Below, one piece after another: positions 22,771 to 34,293 of a stretch of 64,000 bases of DNA (position 1 is the stretch's first letter; the number at the start of each line of letters is the position of its first letter). The position numbers were made by a program, and so were the translations under genes. The stretch lies in the NCBI GenBank assembly GCA_046563655.1, contig CM102290.1, positions 12,772,001 to 12,836,000 of the forward strand. The letters are read 5' to 3'. The notes beneath the pieces are model-generated. The model was not told where the DNA came from. It made no database searches and saw only the letters and a program-made list of their open reading frames with translations. The DNA is from Yuukianura sp. NJ FZ-2021 (taxonomy: Eukaryota).

Positions 22771-24455
22771 ATGGCGTTGCAACAAGTACCAATTGCCCAA
22801 GGCGTAATGGGTGTTGCAGGAGGTCAGCCACATCCAGACTTTCAGCCTTTTATGGAACAAGTAAGAACGTAGAGTCAGTTAGTTGTAAACGCTGTGTAGA
22901 AGTAGAAGTAAATCCATCCAGTGGTTCAGCAGACAGACAGACAGACGGACAGACATAGCAGAAAACATAAAGTAGCCAACTACTTACGCTCCTTACTAAT
23001 AAGTTTCTCATCTTTAATTCCATTCTTCATGCTATGGACTTTACGTAGATTGAGCTCCAGCGGTCATCTAAGACTTTTTAGAATGCAAAGAAATGTGATG
23101 GGAGTGTGAGAAATTTTCGTGGCCGTTATTTTAATGCTATTAATTACAACCAATAAGTGATTCCGGTACAAGTGAAAAAGTTAGAATTTTTAACAAAATG
23201 TAAAACCCATTTTGCTTCATGTCAAAAATCGTGATTAATTTTATCGTGACGTGTCAACATCACGGGTACCTGGCTAGTTTTTATTTTTATTTTGCAAGAT
23301 TTTTTCGCATTTTCTTTTCATTTTTGCATGCCTCTAGACTAAAAATTGTTTCATTTCAACTTGAAATCTTTCAGTTGCCAGATGACTGGAAGACGCCAGT
23401 GTCAAATCTCCTTGCATCTGCAGCTACAATGTGGGTCAAGCTTTCCAGCTACAACGAATCTATTCAGCATCTCGATGAATTGGAAGGATTGGTCAAATCC
23501 GCTACACCAGCATTACCTGAGGCTGACAAGGTCAAGTCCATCATGGAAAAACTTTCCAATGCAAAAGCCAGTTTCGTACAGTCAGTTAAGTCTTTCTGTT
23601 CGGCTGACTCTCAGTCTTGCAATACTGTTGATTATGAAGCCATTTGGAACAAAGCCCAAGCGGAAGTTGTTGAGCAAGTGAGGCTCGAGAAGATGGAAGC
23701 AGCTAACAATTGTGTCCGATGTCAACTGATCACTTCCGCCGTCATCTTGGTCGTAGAGTGCCAAGCCATTTATGCAACCTTTGCGGATATTCAAAATGCA
23801 GAGAATGTTGTCAAACAATGCAAGGACGTTGACATTCCGTATATCCAGACTAGAATTCTTGAAATTCAGGAGAGAGAAGGTCAACTCCGGTCAATGATTG
23901 AGCAGTACTTGGTCAATGGCACGATGGAATTGAAGTTTTTGCTTCTTGCAAGATCTGCAGTTTTAACCGGAGATTTGAACGAAGTCAGGAATTTGATTGG
24001 TAAATTGATGCACTAAATAAGAATTTGTAAACAAAACGAAAAGTTTCAAATTTTCTTTAACTTTGTTTATAGTCGAGGTGCGATTTGAGATAAATGGACA
24101 AATTGTGAAAATTGGAGCCGTCAAACGAGATCAAGTTCGGCGTGGCTTCTCAAATGGAGCGCAAGCGCTTGGAAACGCTTTTCAATTGGCCTATTTGTTT
24201 GGAAATTTGTCAAATCCATTCAGATGGATCCAAGGATTAATTGCCGCTTCATTTGGGATTGTAGCAATCCTTAATGTTCGCAATTCTTTTGTTTGTGAAA
24301 AGAAATTAGAGGAATTGCGACAACTTCAACCCACAATTCGCGAGTTGGAATTATTCGTACGTCGAGCGCATGAAGCAATTCAACATGCGGAGAGTCTGCT
24401 CAACCCAAACCAGCCCCAAATTGCAGATCCGGTTAGGATGAGGATCCAAAATTGA
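22771..24455 (+). CDS. Three-exon orphan alpha-helical protein with a C-terminal hydrophobic hairpin; exons 22771-22860, 23375-23999, 24073-24455
   Basis: CAA|GTAAG at 22861 joins TCAG|TTGCCA at 23375 in phase 0. A phase-1 intron at 24000-24072 joins the two long ORFs. Confidence 0.75.
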
Positions 24456-24630
24456 ATTGATTTTTCTGTAGACTATTTCAAATTCGCTTCTACAAATGTT
24501 ATAATCCAAAAAATTTTAAATGCTGAAATTGAAAAAATAATAAAGGACTAATTTTTAGATGAATTTAAACACGACACTTTCACACACAAATAGGCCTGAT
24601 TTATACATTTATTTATCAAGTCATATCCAA

Positions 24631-27600
24631 TTATCGCTTAGATCCCTTCTTAACATTAGAAATTGCTGTGCCAAGTTCAGTCGTCTTCGCTGCGTCCTCG
24701 CTCTTCTCACTAATAGATGACAATGACATTGAAGCTTGTTGAAGCGAACGTCGGCGGGAACGGGTCATGGGGGTATGTATAGGTGAATCAGTTTCTGAAA
24801 CTTCCAGTACGGTAGACAAGCCTGGTTGATAATCAAACACACGACGATTGTGATGTGAAGTGTCTGAGGATTGGTTTGCCTGTGAAGAGTCTTCGTCGAT
24901 GCTGAGTTCATTTTGTCCACTGGAAATCCCTGATTCGGAATGTCGACGTGTTGACTTCTGCGAATTCGTTCTCGCTTTGCTCTTGGATTTGCCAGTAGGT
25001 GTCTCGGCTCCACCTATTTAACAAAAAATCTATTCGTTGAGCGTCGACTTCAAAAAAATTACACAAAACGTTTCATTAGTGAAATCACTGAATTCATTTA
25101 CCGGAGGCACTTGTCTCACAGACTTCAATTGATACCTGGGACTGATCCCAGGATTCATTATCGACAGACATGTCCTGGAGCGACGTATCCGACTCGTCAA
25201 TTGAAGATTCTAATATAGTGTAAATATCTTTTCTCCCTCTTCTGTTGGAGGTCCTCGTCACGAAATGGGCGGAGCTAGTGGTGCCGACTGGTGTTGACGG
25301 CATGAGAGACTGGGAGCGAGTAGTTCTAGATGTGTTGCTAGTAGTTCCCGACTTCCGCCTACGCCTTGTGGTGACATTAACTCCAGAAGGAGAAGATTCT
25401 CCAACTGGCTCCGATTGGGCACGAACCGCCCCTGCAAAACAAAAACATAATGTTAGCTGGTAATGCTAGGTCAATTGAAGTAATTGAAGGACTTACGGGC
25501 ACGGGATGGCTTGGATCGCTTAGGCGGTGGTTCTGGTGATTCGTCGACAAAAATTTTTGAGTTGTCCGCAAGGAAACTTGATTCACTCAAGTGCCGAGCA
25601 CGACTTCGGGTCATCATTCCGAAACTGACGTTCGGATCCATTTGCAAAGAATCTACACGACGACCCCGCTTCGAGGGGGTAAAGGAGTCCAGACTTGTCT
25701 CACACTCACCAGTCTCTTCATGTATTTGGCAATTATTTAACTCACTGATACCAGGACTTCCATCTTCGAGCGACATATTTATTTGGCAATTATTCAACTC
25801 ACTGGTACCAGGACTTCCTTCGTCGAGCGACACTATAGTATTCCCCGTCTCTTGACTTTCAACTACTTCACTAATTTCTTGGTTCAGTTCGTCCAAGTCT
25901 CCTCGTGGCTCGGGCATCTCCGCGTCCTCGCTCAACATAATCACTTGCGGCTGGATGTCCCGCCTAGGTGATAAATTTGTCGCACACTCACCAGTCTCTT
26001 CATGTATTTGGCAATTATTTAACTCACTGGTACCAGGACTTCCTTCTTCGAGCGACATAAGTATTTGACAATTATTCAACTCACTGGTACCAGGACTTCC
26101 TTCTTCGAGCGACACTATAGTATTCCCCGCCTCTTGACTTTCAACTAGTTCACTAATTTCTTGGTTAAGTTCCTCCAAGTTTCCTAGTGGCTCGGGCATC
26201 TCCACGTCCTCCGTCAACATAATCATTTGAGGCTGAATATCCGGCCTAGGTGATAATACATCTTGTTGCGGTAAGTCGTCGTTTGAACAAATCACATCGT
26301 CCACTTCAGGGCTGGAGGAAGAACTTGGGACTGAGAAAGGATCCGTTGATCCGCTTCCACTAGTAGGAGGTGAACTTCCACTAGTAGTAGGTGAACTGTC
26401 GCTGCAAATCGTATAAATGCTGTCACTCTGGTTCAGTTCAGCGGGAGTTTCGGAGGAAGAGACGACTTCCAAGAACCTAGTACGTAGCAGCTTATTCCTC
26501 AAAGACGCTGGTGCATCCTTCTTTCTCTGCAACAACCAAACAAATTTTAAAAGCTGATCAAATGCCTTAGTGGTTTAGTTTACAACTTAACTTACCTTGA
26601 TGCTGCTTCTTGGCGGAGGAACCGGTTGTTGAACAGTATCTGAATTAATTGGTTCCGTCTCTTCATCTATCTCTATTCGTGAATTCGAGTCGACACAGAT
26701 TTCATTTCCACTAGCTCCGTCTCCAATACTTATCAGATTACTTTCTTCGTCAGCCGAGGAGACGGAAGAGGTGCTTCGCTTGGTTTTTCCTTGAAACCTC
26801 TTGAGAGGACTAAGCGGAGTGACACCTTCAGTCATCCCAACACCATCTAAGCGGTTGTAGTCAGCGGAGGTCTTTTCCAGTGAATCTGAATACTCTAAAT
26901 ACAAAAAATGAGGAAAAACGAATCATATTTAGTGATACTAGTTCCAACAAGAGCAAGTGAGTTAGGTTTTCGATTAAGGTAATAATTAATAGTATATAAG
27001 CTGCTATTTCAACTTACCCTTCCTTGTAGAATCTGCATAGGTAATCGCGCCAAGTCCTTGGTTTGCAGCTAATAGACGTCTAAGTGCTACTTCCATTTGC
27101 TCGAATTCAAAGTCACGATCACGACGACAATTATTTTGATCTTCGTATAATTTGAGCAGGGCATCATAGACAGCAGTGGCTTCTTTAATTCTTCCGGTAT
27201 GCACAAAGAACTTGAACAATTTCACTTGGTTAGAGAACGAGTTTGGGAGAGACTGCAGATAGTTCTCCACTGCACATTTTACGCCGTCGCTCTCTCTCCA
27301 TATCCCCGACAGAATCATGTTATCTAGCTTGTTGTACTCATCCGCAACTGAAATATAAACATAACATAACATAAACATAACAGAATTATTGCACAGTAAG
27401 TGCAAAAACAGCGATGAATATCTAGAATTCCTAGGTAAAAATAACCCCGGAATGATGTCAATCTTTGGCTCACCTTGCAGCAATTGAAAGAAAGTGGTCT
27501 GGTCATTGACAAATTCCAAAACTCTGCTTCTAACAAGCTGTAACGAGTGTGATTCCTGATCCAGTGATAAACTCAGAGCGAATCTACACAAAAAAATAAC

Positions 27601-30600
27601 CTCAGGTAAGAATCTTCAGTCGGTATGAACAGAGTCAATTTGAACATAAACGATAAAGGAATTAAAATTATTTTGACATTATTACCTACTGATTTTGGCG
27701 GGATACGGACTAGATGACAAGATATTGAGAACGGGTAATTGAAGTCCTTGGGCTGCCAACATCACAAGAGCAGCGGACCACGGGAATGCTTCTTCCTCAT
27801 CATCGAGACGAATCGTGGACAGGCGAATGAGAGCATCCTTCAATTTCCCATGGTCAATCATCCAAAGAATCTCCACTTTGTTCTGCTCATCAGCCGAAAG
27901 ATCCACCATCACTTCAAAGTCACCACCAATCGCATCCCTAAAAGTTCACAAAACGAATCTTCAACCTCATATCCCCATATTCTGCAATAAAATGAAAAAA
28001 ATACACAGAGTATTGCTTACCGGCCGTCGCTTGAGTCCAGTACATCCAACATATAGTAGAATATCACACGTGAAATAATATTAGAAGGCACATCAATCCA
28101 TGTTTCGAGGAGCAGATTTAGCATGTGAACTGGATGGGAAGGGGGGTAAAAAGCTTCTCCTGGTGCCACAGACATGTCCAAACGCAGTGTCTCTTCTTCG
28201 AAATGTTCAAACAAGTAGTCAACCAACAGCGCATGACCCTTAAAAGCATGAAAATAAGCATTTAGCTTAACAATATTTCTCAAAGCACTGCTCAAATCTA
28301 ACCGTAAAAAGTACTTCCAAGGTTACAGTAATAAAAAGTAAGAAGTTTATGTATTACCCCTCGTTCCTGCGGATGGATCCATTTGCAATTATCAAGTGCC
28401 GATTGCATTTGGATTCTGCGCTCTGCGTAGTACTTTTTAAGCCTATGAGTGAAGTCGCCTTCGTTCTTGGAAACTGGAACAATCCTTGCAAGATTAAAAA
28501 TAAGGATAGCTCCAGAGTACTGGACAAGCTTCTCCAGTCCAAAGTTCAGTTCATAGTAGCAGTCTGAAAAAAAAACGATTTGTTGACATTCAACAGTGCT
28601 CCCACTCTTTTTGAATTTTGGTTACTCAAATTCAAATTACACTTAAACGTTACGGTAACGTTTTCATGAATTATTTATTATCAAAGTACCTAGTGCATCT
28701 TCCATCGCTCGAAGTAATGTCCACAGGAGAGCCCTCTGCTGTTTCCAAATGAAGTGAGAGTAGTGAAGGAACTTGTTCGTTTCCGGTGGTATATAAGACG
28801 AAATTGGATTTGGATTGAGAAGACGATCCCAGTGGGGCAATGCAAGTCGGCGTGTTCTGTGGGCAAGGTGATTCGACCACTCCATTATTAAGTGCAAATT
28901 GAGTCCCAAGTTTTCACAGGATCCATCGAGCCAAGAATTTGCCAATTGGATAATCACTGCAGGTCTCGTTGCTTCCAGCAACACAGAAAGAATACAGTAC
29001 TGTTCACTCTTCTACAAACAAAATGTGTAATAAAGACATTGCAATTGTATTTCCACAGAATGACTCGAACTAGGTGCTTTCTAATACCTTTCGCGGTAAA
29101 TTTTCGGAAAGTGTTGATTGCGGAATTTGGTTCAGTCCAACCAATGTGCAGACTTTCATTAGCTCCGATGGCTGAGCCATGAGATGGATACCGTCCTTTT
29201 GTACCAATCGCAGCGCCATCTCTTGTATCCCGAGGTACACAAAGCTAAACGGACCTTCCGGGGTGAGTCCAATGGCTTCTATAATACATTCATTTCACAA
29301 TTCGGTTATACAAACATGGTCAGTTCAAACCAAATAAGTAAGTTATAAGTTAGTTACCGAATGTATTTGATGCAGGATACAATTGGACTGGACTAAAATC
29401 GTGGATGTTGGTCCAATGTTGGAGTGAGTTTCTGTTGAGACGAAGGTCAAATAATTGCTGGCGGGAAGGTCCAAGGAACGAAATAGCTGCCCAGAATGAA
29501 CACAACCTTCCGGGATTCTGGACAGGAACAATAGCTGGCGTCTGTGCAGAGTACCATTGGTCCAGATCAAACAAACCCAAATGTGCCGAGTTCCTAGATT
29601 CCCAACTAACGAACATCATTTGCTGAAATGCTGAGAGTCGAATGGGCCGAACTTTTTCTGGAACGTGATTTTCCTCGGAATAGGCATCTCCCAAGTTAAA
29701 TTCTAGTCTCCGCGCACAGCTCCTCAGCTCCTGGCAATAGTCAAACGATTAGACAAGTTTTAAAAAACTAACAAAAGTAAAGCCTTACTTCGTATACAGG
29801 CGGATTTCCATTGTCCATGTCAATGAGATAGTTGTATTCCAGGGCAAAAAGTTGTACGGTGGCAGGAGCCAGTTCTCCAGATTTGTTTCCGCTGAGAACC
29901 CATACATAGCAAAAATTACGAGGATCATCTATTGGTGTCTGGAACTCGAAAGCGAGGATTGGAAGTAATCCGGTTCTGAATTCAACGCTGTAACTAAAAA
30001 AAACTTGCTTTTAGAAAAAGTACGTACTTTTTTCTTTTCAGTCATGCATTGTACATTTGTACAATGTAAAATTTAAGTTACCAAAGTTGGAGATTTTGAA
30101 GTTGCCATATTTGGAACGCCCCAAAGTTGAATCCAACAAGAATGGATCCAATTGCCGGAGCATAATGCAGGGCGGTAATTGCAACATCTGATTTCCGCAG
30201 TCTACGTAATACTTCTCCCCTTGAACCCAAATAATAAAATGTGGCCTGATTGTCGTAAGTGTTTTCGTTAGAAATGTGATGATCAGCTGGAGAGAAAATC
30301 AGACAGACAATTAGTGACATTTTTCCTAAGAAATGAAGAAATCTGTGTTAACTTTTGTCTTACGCTGTAACTCCACAGAAATCAGTTGATGATTTTCAAG
30401 AAACTCGAGTCGTATATGTTCAATATCCTCTTGCACGGGATTTACACTCACAATTTCAAAGGTGTTTTCCCATTCCACTGGTTTGGAGTAATCAAATGCA
30501 TTGTTTTTCAAACAAAGTCGAAGATGGTCCAGGCCCAAGTCTTGAAGAATTAAGCCTCCTCCAGCTAGTCCAACCGCAACAATCCCATCAATATGTTTCA

Positions 30601-31375
30601 AAATGTTGTCGCTCCCAAATGGACTCGACAACTTCTTGTCCAGTAAATGGTTAATAACGACCATACACTCCACCTGAATAGAGTATATTTGTAACGAATA
30701 AGAGAATAATTTACGACCAAATACAGTGGTAGATGAAAAATTAGTATAACTCACAGGCGCCGGAGTTCTTATCCAACGAACGGGGTGTCCTTTTGTTGGA
30801 TCAAAAATTACGATTTCCCCACCAGCAACACCAGAATCCAGTCCAATAATTAAATTGGGCAGATACTTTCCTCCTAATTCGACCGTAACATACAACTCCT
30901 CGGCACATTTGATGATCGCATTTGGAAAATGGTACGATGTGGCTGGAATTGTTATAGGAGCATATGTTCGATCTGTCGTTAAACTTTGAGGTGGTTGAGG
31001 TACCGAGAAACATCGGATAATTGGTCCACAAAAAGTGTAGCCCCAGTCACATCCTAAAATTCAAAGTCAGCAGGGGCATTAAATTTAGTTTAATGGTAAT
31101 ACGTACTAACTGTTTGAAGCAACAGGCTGACAATATCATACCTAAAATACAATTTGAGAATCGACTTTAACTTACAAATGCAGAAAAAGGGGTTGTTTAG
31201 AATGTTTTTAATTAGTAGTTACTTTACCTCTCGACAGTCGAGCATGGGTTCCTCTAGCTGCTGGAAAAATGACCTCAGGTAATGGTGACTGCTTGCTTAA
31301 ACGCGTATTGTAATAAAATGGTGACAACAGCTTCTCCGTAGTACTAAATGTCTGTATACCAAAATCGTCCGACAT
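24631..31375 (-). CDS. AHCTF1: Protein ELYS / AHCTF1 nucleoporin (multi-exon)
   Basis: Beta-propeller motifs ILVGFNFGAFQIW, FQTPIDDPRNFCYVWV and LGLFDLDQWYSAQTP. ELYS helical domain FYPPS..HMLNLLL..IFYYMLD. Long S/E-rich disordered tail with basic TRSR repeats. Likely ATG at 31373-31375, stop at 24631-24633. Confidence 0.88.
25690..26255 (-). repeat. In-frame coding tandem duplication (2 x 282 nt), each unit holding 2 x 57-nt subrepeats
   Basis: cacactcaccagtctcttcatgtatttggc occurs at 25701 and 25983. The peptide SL(E/D)(E/D)GSPG(T/I)SELNNCQI occurs four times. Confidence 0.95.
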
Positions 31376-32167
31376 CTTCAATTGTACGTAACCAATTGGG
31401 GAATCCTTTTATATGTATTTTATGTGATAATGTAACGGAGTTCCAGGTGAGCTGACCAACCGCAGCTTTAGTTACACTTCCGAGGTGAAATTCTAACCTG
31501 TGGAAATAAAGACTTTGATTATGAATGATGTTACTGTCCCACCCACCCGGTATCACGCAATTATCCCAGTACGATTCGAACGATAAAAAGTAATCCATTC
31601 ATACGAACGACAACTAAAATAATGTTATTTTGTAAATTACCATTGAATTGAGTGATTCAATCGAGGTTCTCGTCTGTCCTTGAAACCTACCGGTGTGTCT
31701 TATAGAGACTACAAGTTGATGTAGAATAAATTCAAAGTTGTTATTTACTGTTATACTGTCGATGTCCACGAGCCGATCAGCCTTCCGATTCCTCCAGCAG
31801 CTTTGTGCTATCGTCTTCCCTCTTCCAGGTTCAATCCACGTTAAAACTGAAGCAAAACTTTCCCACTCATAACTCAAAGCAAAACAACTACGGTCCACTC
31901 TAATCCTCGGAAAACTTGTGAAACTTCAACCTAATCCTCTGAATAATACCGAAACTGCGAATTTTTGATATGTGTGGAGTAACTAAACCGCTGAATAACA
32001 TAATTCTGTGGTTACAATATAGATGCATGTGCAAGTCAACCAGATGCAGCAACATCCATGCGGGAAAAAGTCATTCGTTACCTTTTCTTTGTGTAATCAA
32101 AGCTGCGCGGCACTTCCATAACTCTTCGGAAAACGCAAAGGTCACTGTAACAATTTGTACTGCTGAA

Positions 32168-32978
32168 ATGGACGAAGGTCAAGACGATACTTCCGCTGGA
32201 GGTAACGACAACGTCGAGTCACATGAGGAAATTGACATTACTTCCGCTGGAGGCAATGACGACGTCGACTCACAGGACGAAGATGACAATGCTTCTGGGG
32301 ATGACGAAGACGTCAGCGAGCCGTCACCGGATAAGGAATTCACTGACCACACTTTCTCGGGAAGCAATATTTGGTTCCAAGGCGGCGAAGAGTCCGTCAT
32401 CACCTTTACCAACTGCCGTTTTCGCGGTAACCTACAAGTTCAATTATATTTTAAGTACAAAGTTGACCAGTGGATGAACTCAATTGATGATTAACTTAAA
32501 TTCATCTTTGGGTTTAGACGTCTCCGTGACCTTCGGTGGAACAGGAACTGTGTACGCCTTTCAGGACTGTAGCTGGGAGAGATCACTGGTCACATTCCCA
32601 AGTTTCGCTAACTGCTACTCCTTCCAGTCTCCGACCTTCATTGACTCTGTGATCATCGGAGGGGAAGGAGAACTTACTCTGGATACTGCACAGAGTGGGG
32701 AGCCCTTGGTCACTCCTGGAGCCGTTTTCACGTTCACTGTTGGGCAGACGAACTCTACTTTTACAAACGTTACGATCCAACGGGAGTCGGATGAGTCCTT
32801 TGAACAAGATCATGTCGAGCAAGAGATGGCCAAGTGTCAAGAATACTTCGAAACTGCGGAGAACGAGGTTATGGATTTCTTGCGGTGTGACTTTTTTGGT
32901 GGTGAGAACCCTGCTGGAGCCGATACGGAGGACGAAGCAAGTGGTGGATCTGGAGACGGCGCTGACCCGCCACAGTAA
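32168..32978 (+). CDS. Two-exon, highly acidic orphan protein with a beta-strand-rich core; exons 32168-32426, 32518-32978
   Basis: A phase-1 GT-AG intron at 32427-32517 joins two ORFs. Higher GC than the flanks. AATAAA at about 33033. Confidence 0.78.
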
Positions 32979-34060
32979 CAAGTTCTAAAACCTTCAACTC
33001 CCACAAAGAAGTAAAAGGTTACAATGATAAAGAATAAAAAAGTAATGAAAAACTAGCAGAATATATTATTTGAAAATCAATTGAACATGAATTACTTAAA
33101 TTTAATACTAACTGTGGATGCTGGACCTATTTTACCTTGTAGTAATGTTTTGCGTTTTACGAAAAATACATTGGACTCATTTGAAGTAATTGATTAATTA
33201 AGTTTAGTTGCGTTCCGAATGGATGTACTATTAAATGAAAATAAGATAGGGCGATGCTCAAGGGTTAGTAATAAGATTAGATAATTGGCGGAGACGGACG
33301 GCCAGACAGAGAGACAGACAAGATCAAACCAATAAGTAGCTTTGGCTAATTATTAAATACTTTTAAAAAAAGTTTTTCTGTCAGTTTACATCTAAAGTTT
33401 ACATCTTAAGCTTTACGAGGTGAACGGCGCGGTAACATTGCTGAAATAGTTTTAAAATTAATTTGAAATTTTGAATTTGGCTTTCCAAGTTTTAGAAAGC
33501 TTCGATCGTGCTACATAGTTTACTGTATCCGAATCCGATGGCCGATTTCCGGACTATTGGTGTTTAGTTTTGTATTGTGACATATCATATTTTTACTTAA
33601 GTTTCAAAATTCTTGAGGGAAGTTGCGGGTGAAAGTAACGCATGATGTCATCTCTTAGTGCGTGGGATCGAGGGGATGATTTTCCTTGAGATTTAGTAGG
33701 ATCATTTAGGTTTGATCCATACGACAATATAATCCGTAGTGACTCATTCTTTTCCCTCTCTCCGATTCGCATATTTTCACATTCTGTTCTTGGGAAAACG
33801 ATTTCACTCCCTCCTAGTACTATTATTTCGGATATCCCATTAGAACTGATTGGAATAATGGACATAGAAGCACACAACTCTCCGCCAATCTTGTTATCCC
33901 AATGATTTTCCCCTTAGCTACAACTCCTCATCGCTAGATTACAATGGATTAGTACACCCATTGTCCGCTTTATAGCTAAAGACGCTTTCCAATTGCCACT
34001 TTCTCCGCAAATTTTGAAAAACGAGTGTTTCCATTTTTAAGAAAACTTTTGAAATAGGTA

Positions 34061-34293
34061 ATAGTCAAGGTTGTTTAAATTGAAATTTTGCTTGTTTTCT
34101 CTTTACAGGTTGTGCCTTAATTCCTGGTATACAAATTGTTTTGAATTTTTCCTTCGATTCATTGACCTCGCGCTATTTAACGCAAACGGGATTCGTACAA
34201 AAGTTGTTTTTCCGTAATTTTTTGAAAAAAGTGAGTTATGACATAACCTGTTAGTGCATTTGTATAAATAGGCGCTATAGTAACCTTGGTAAT
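34061..34293. mobile_element. MITE family B, copy 2
   Basis: Ends caaggttgtttaaat..acaggttg and gttatgacataacctgttag..tatagtaaccttgg match 6282-6562. Confidence 0.75.

Noticed and set aside
25484..25971. Plus-strand ORFs overlapping ELYS
   Set aside because: Antisense shadows of a repetitive coding exon.
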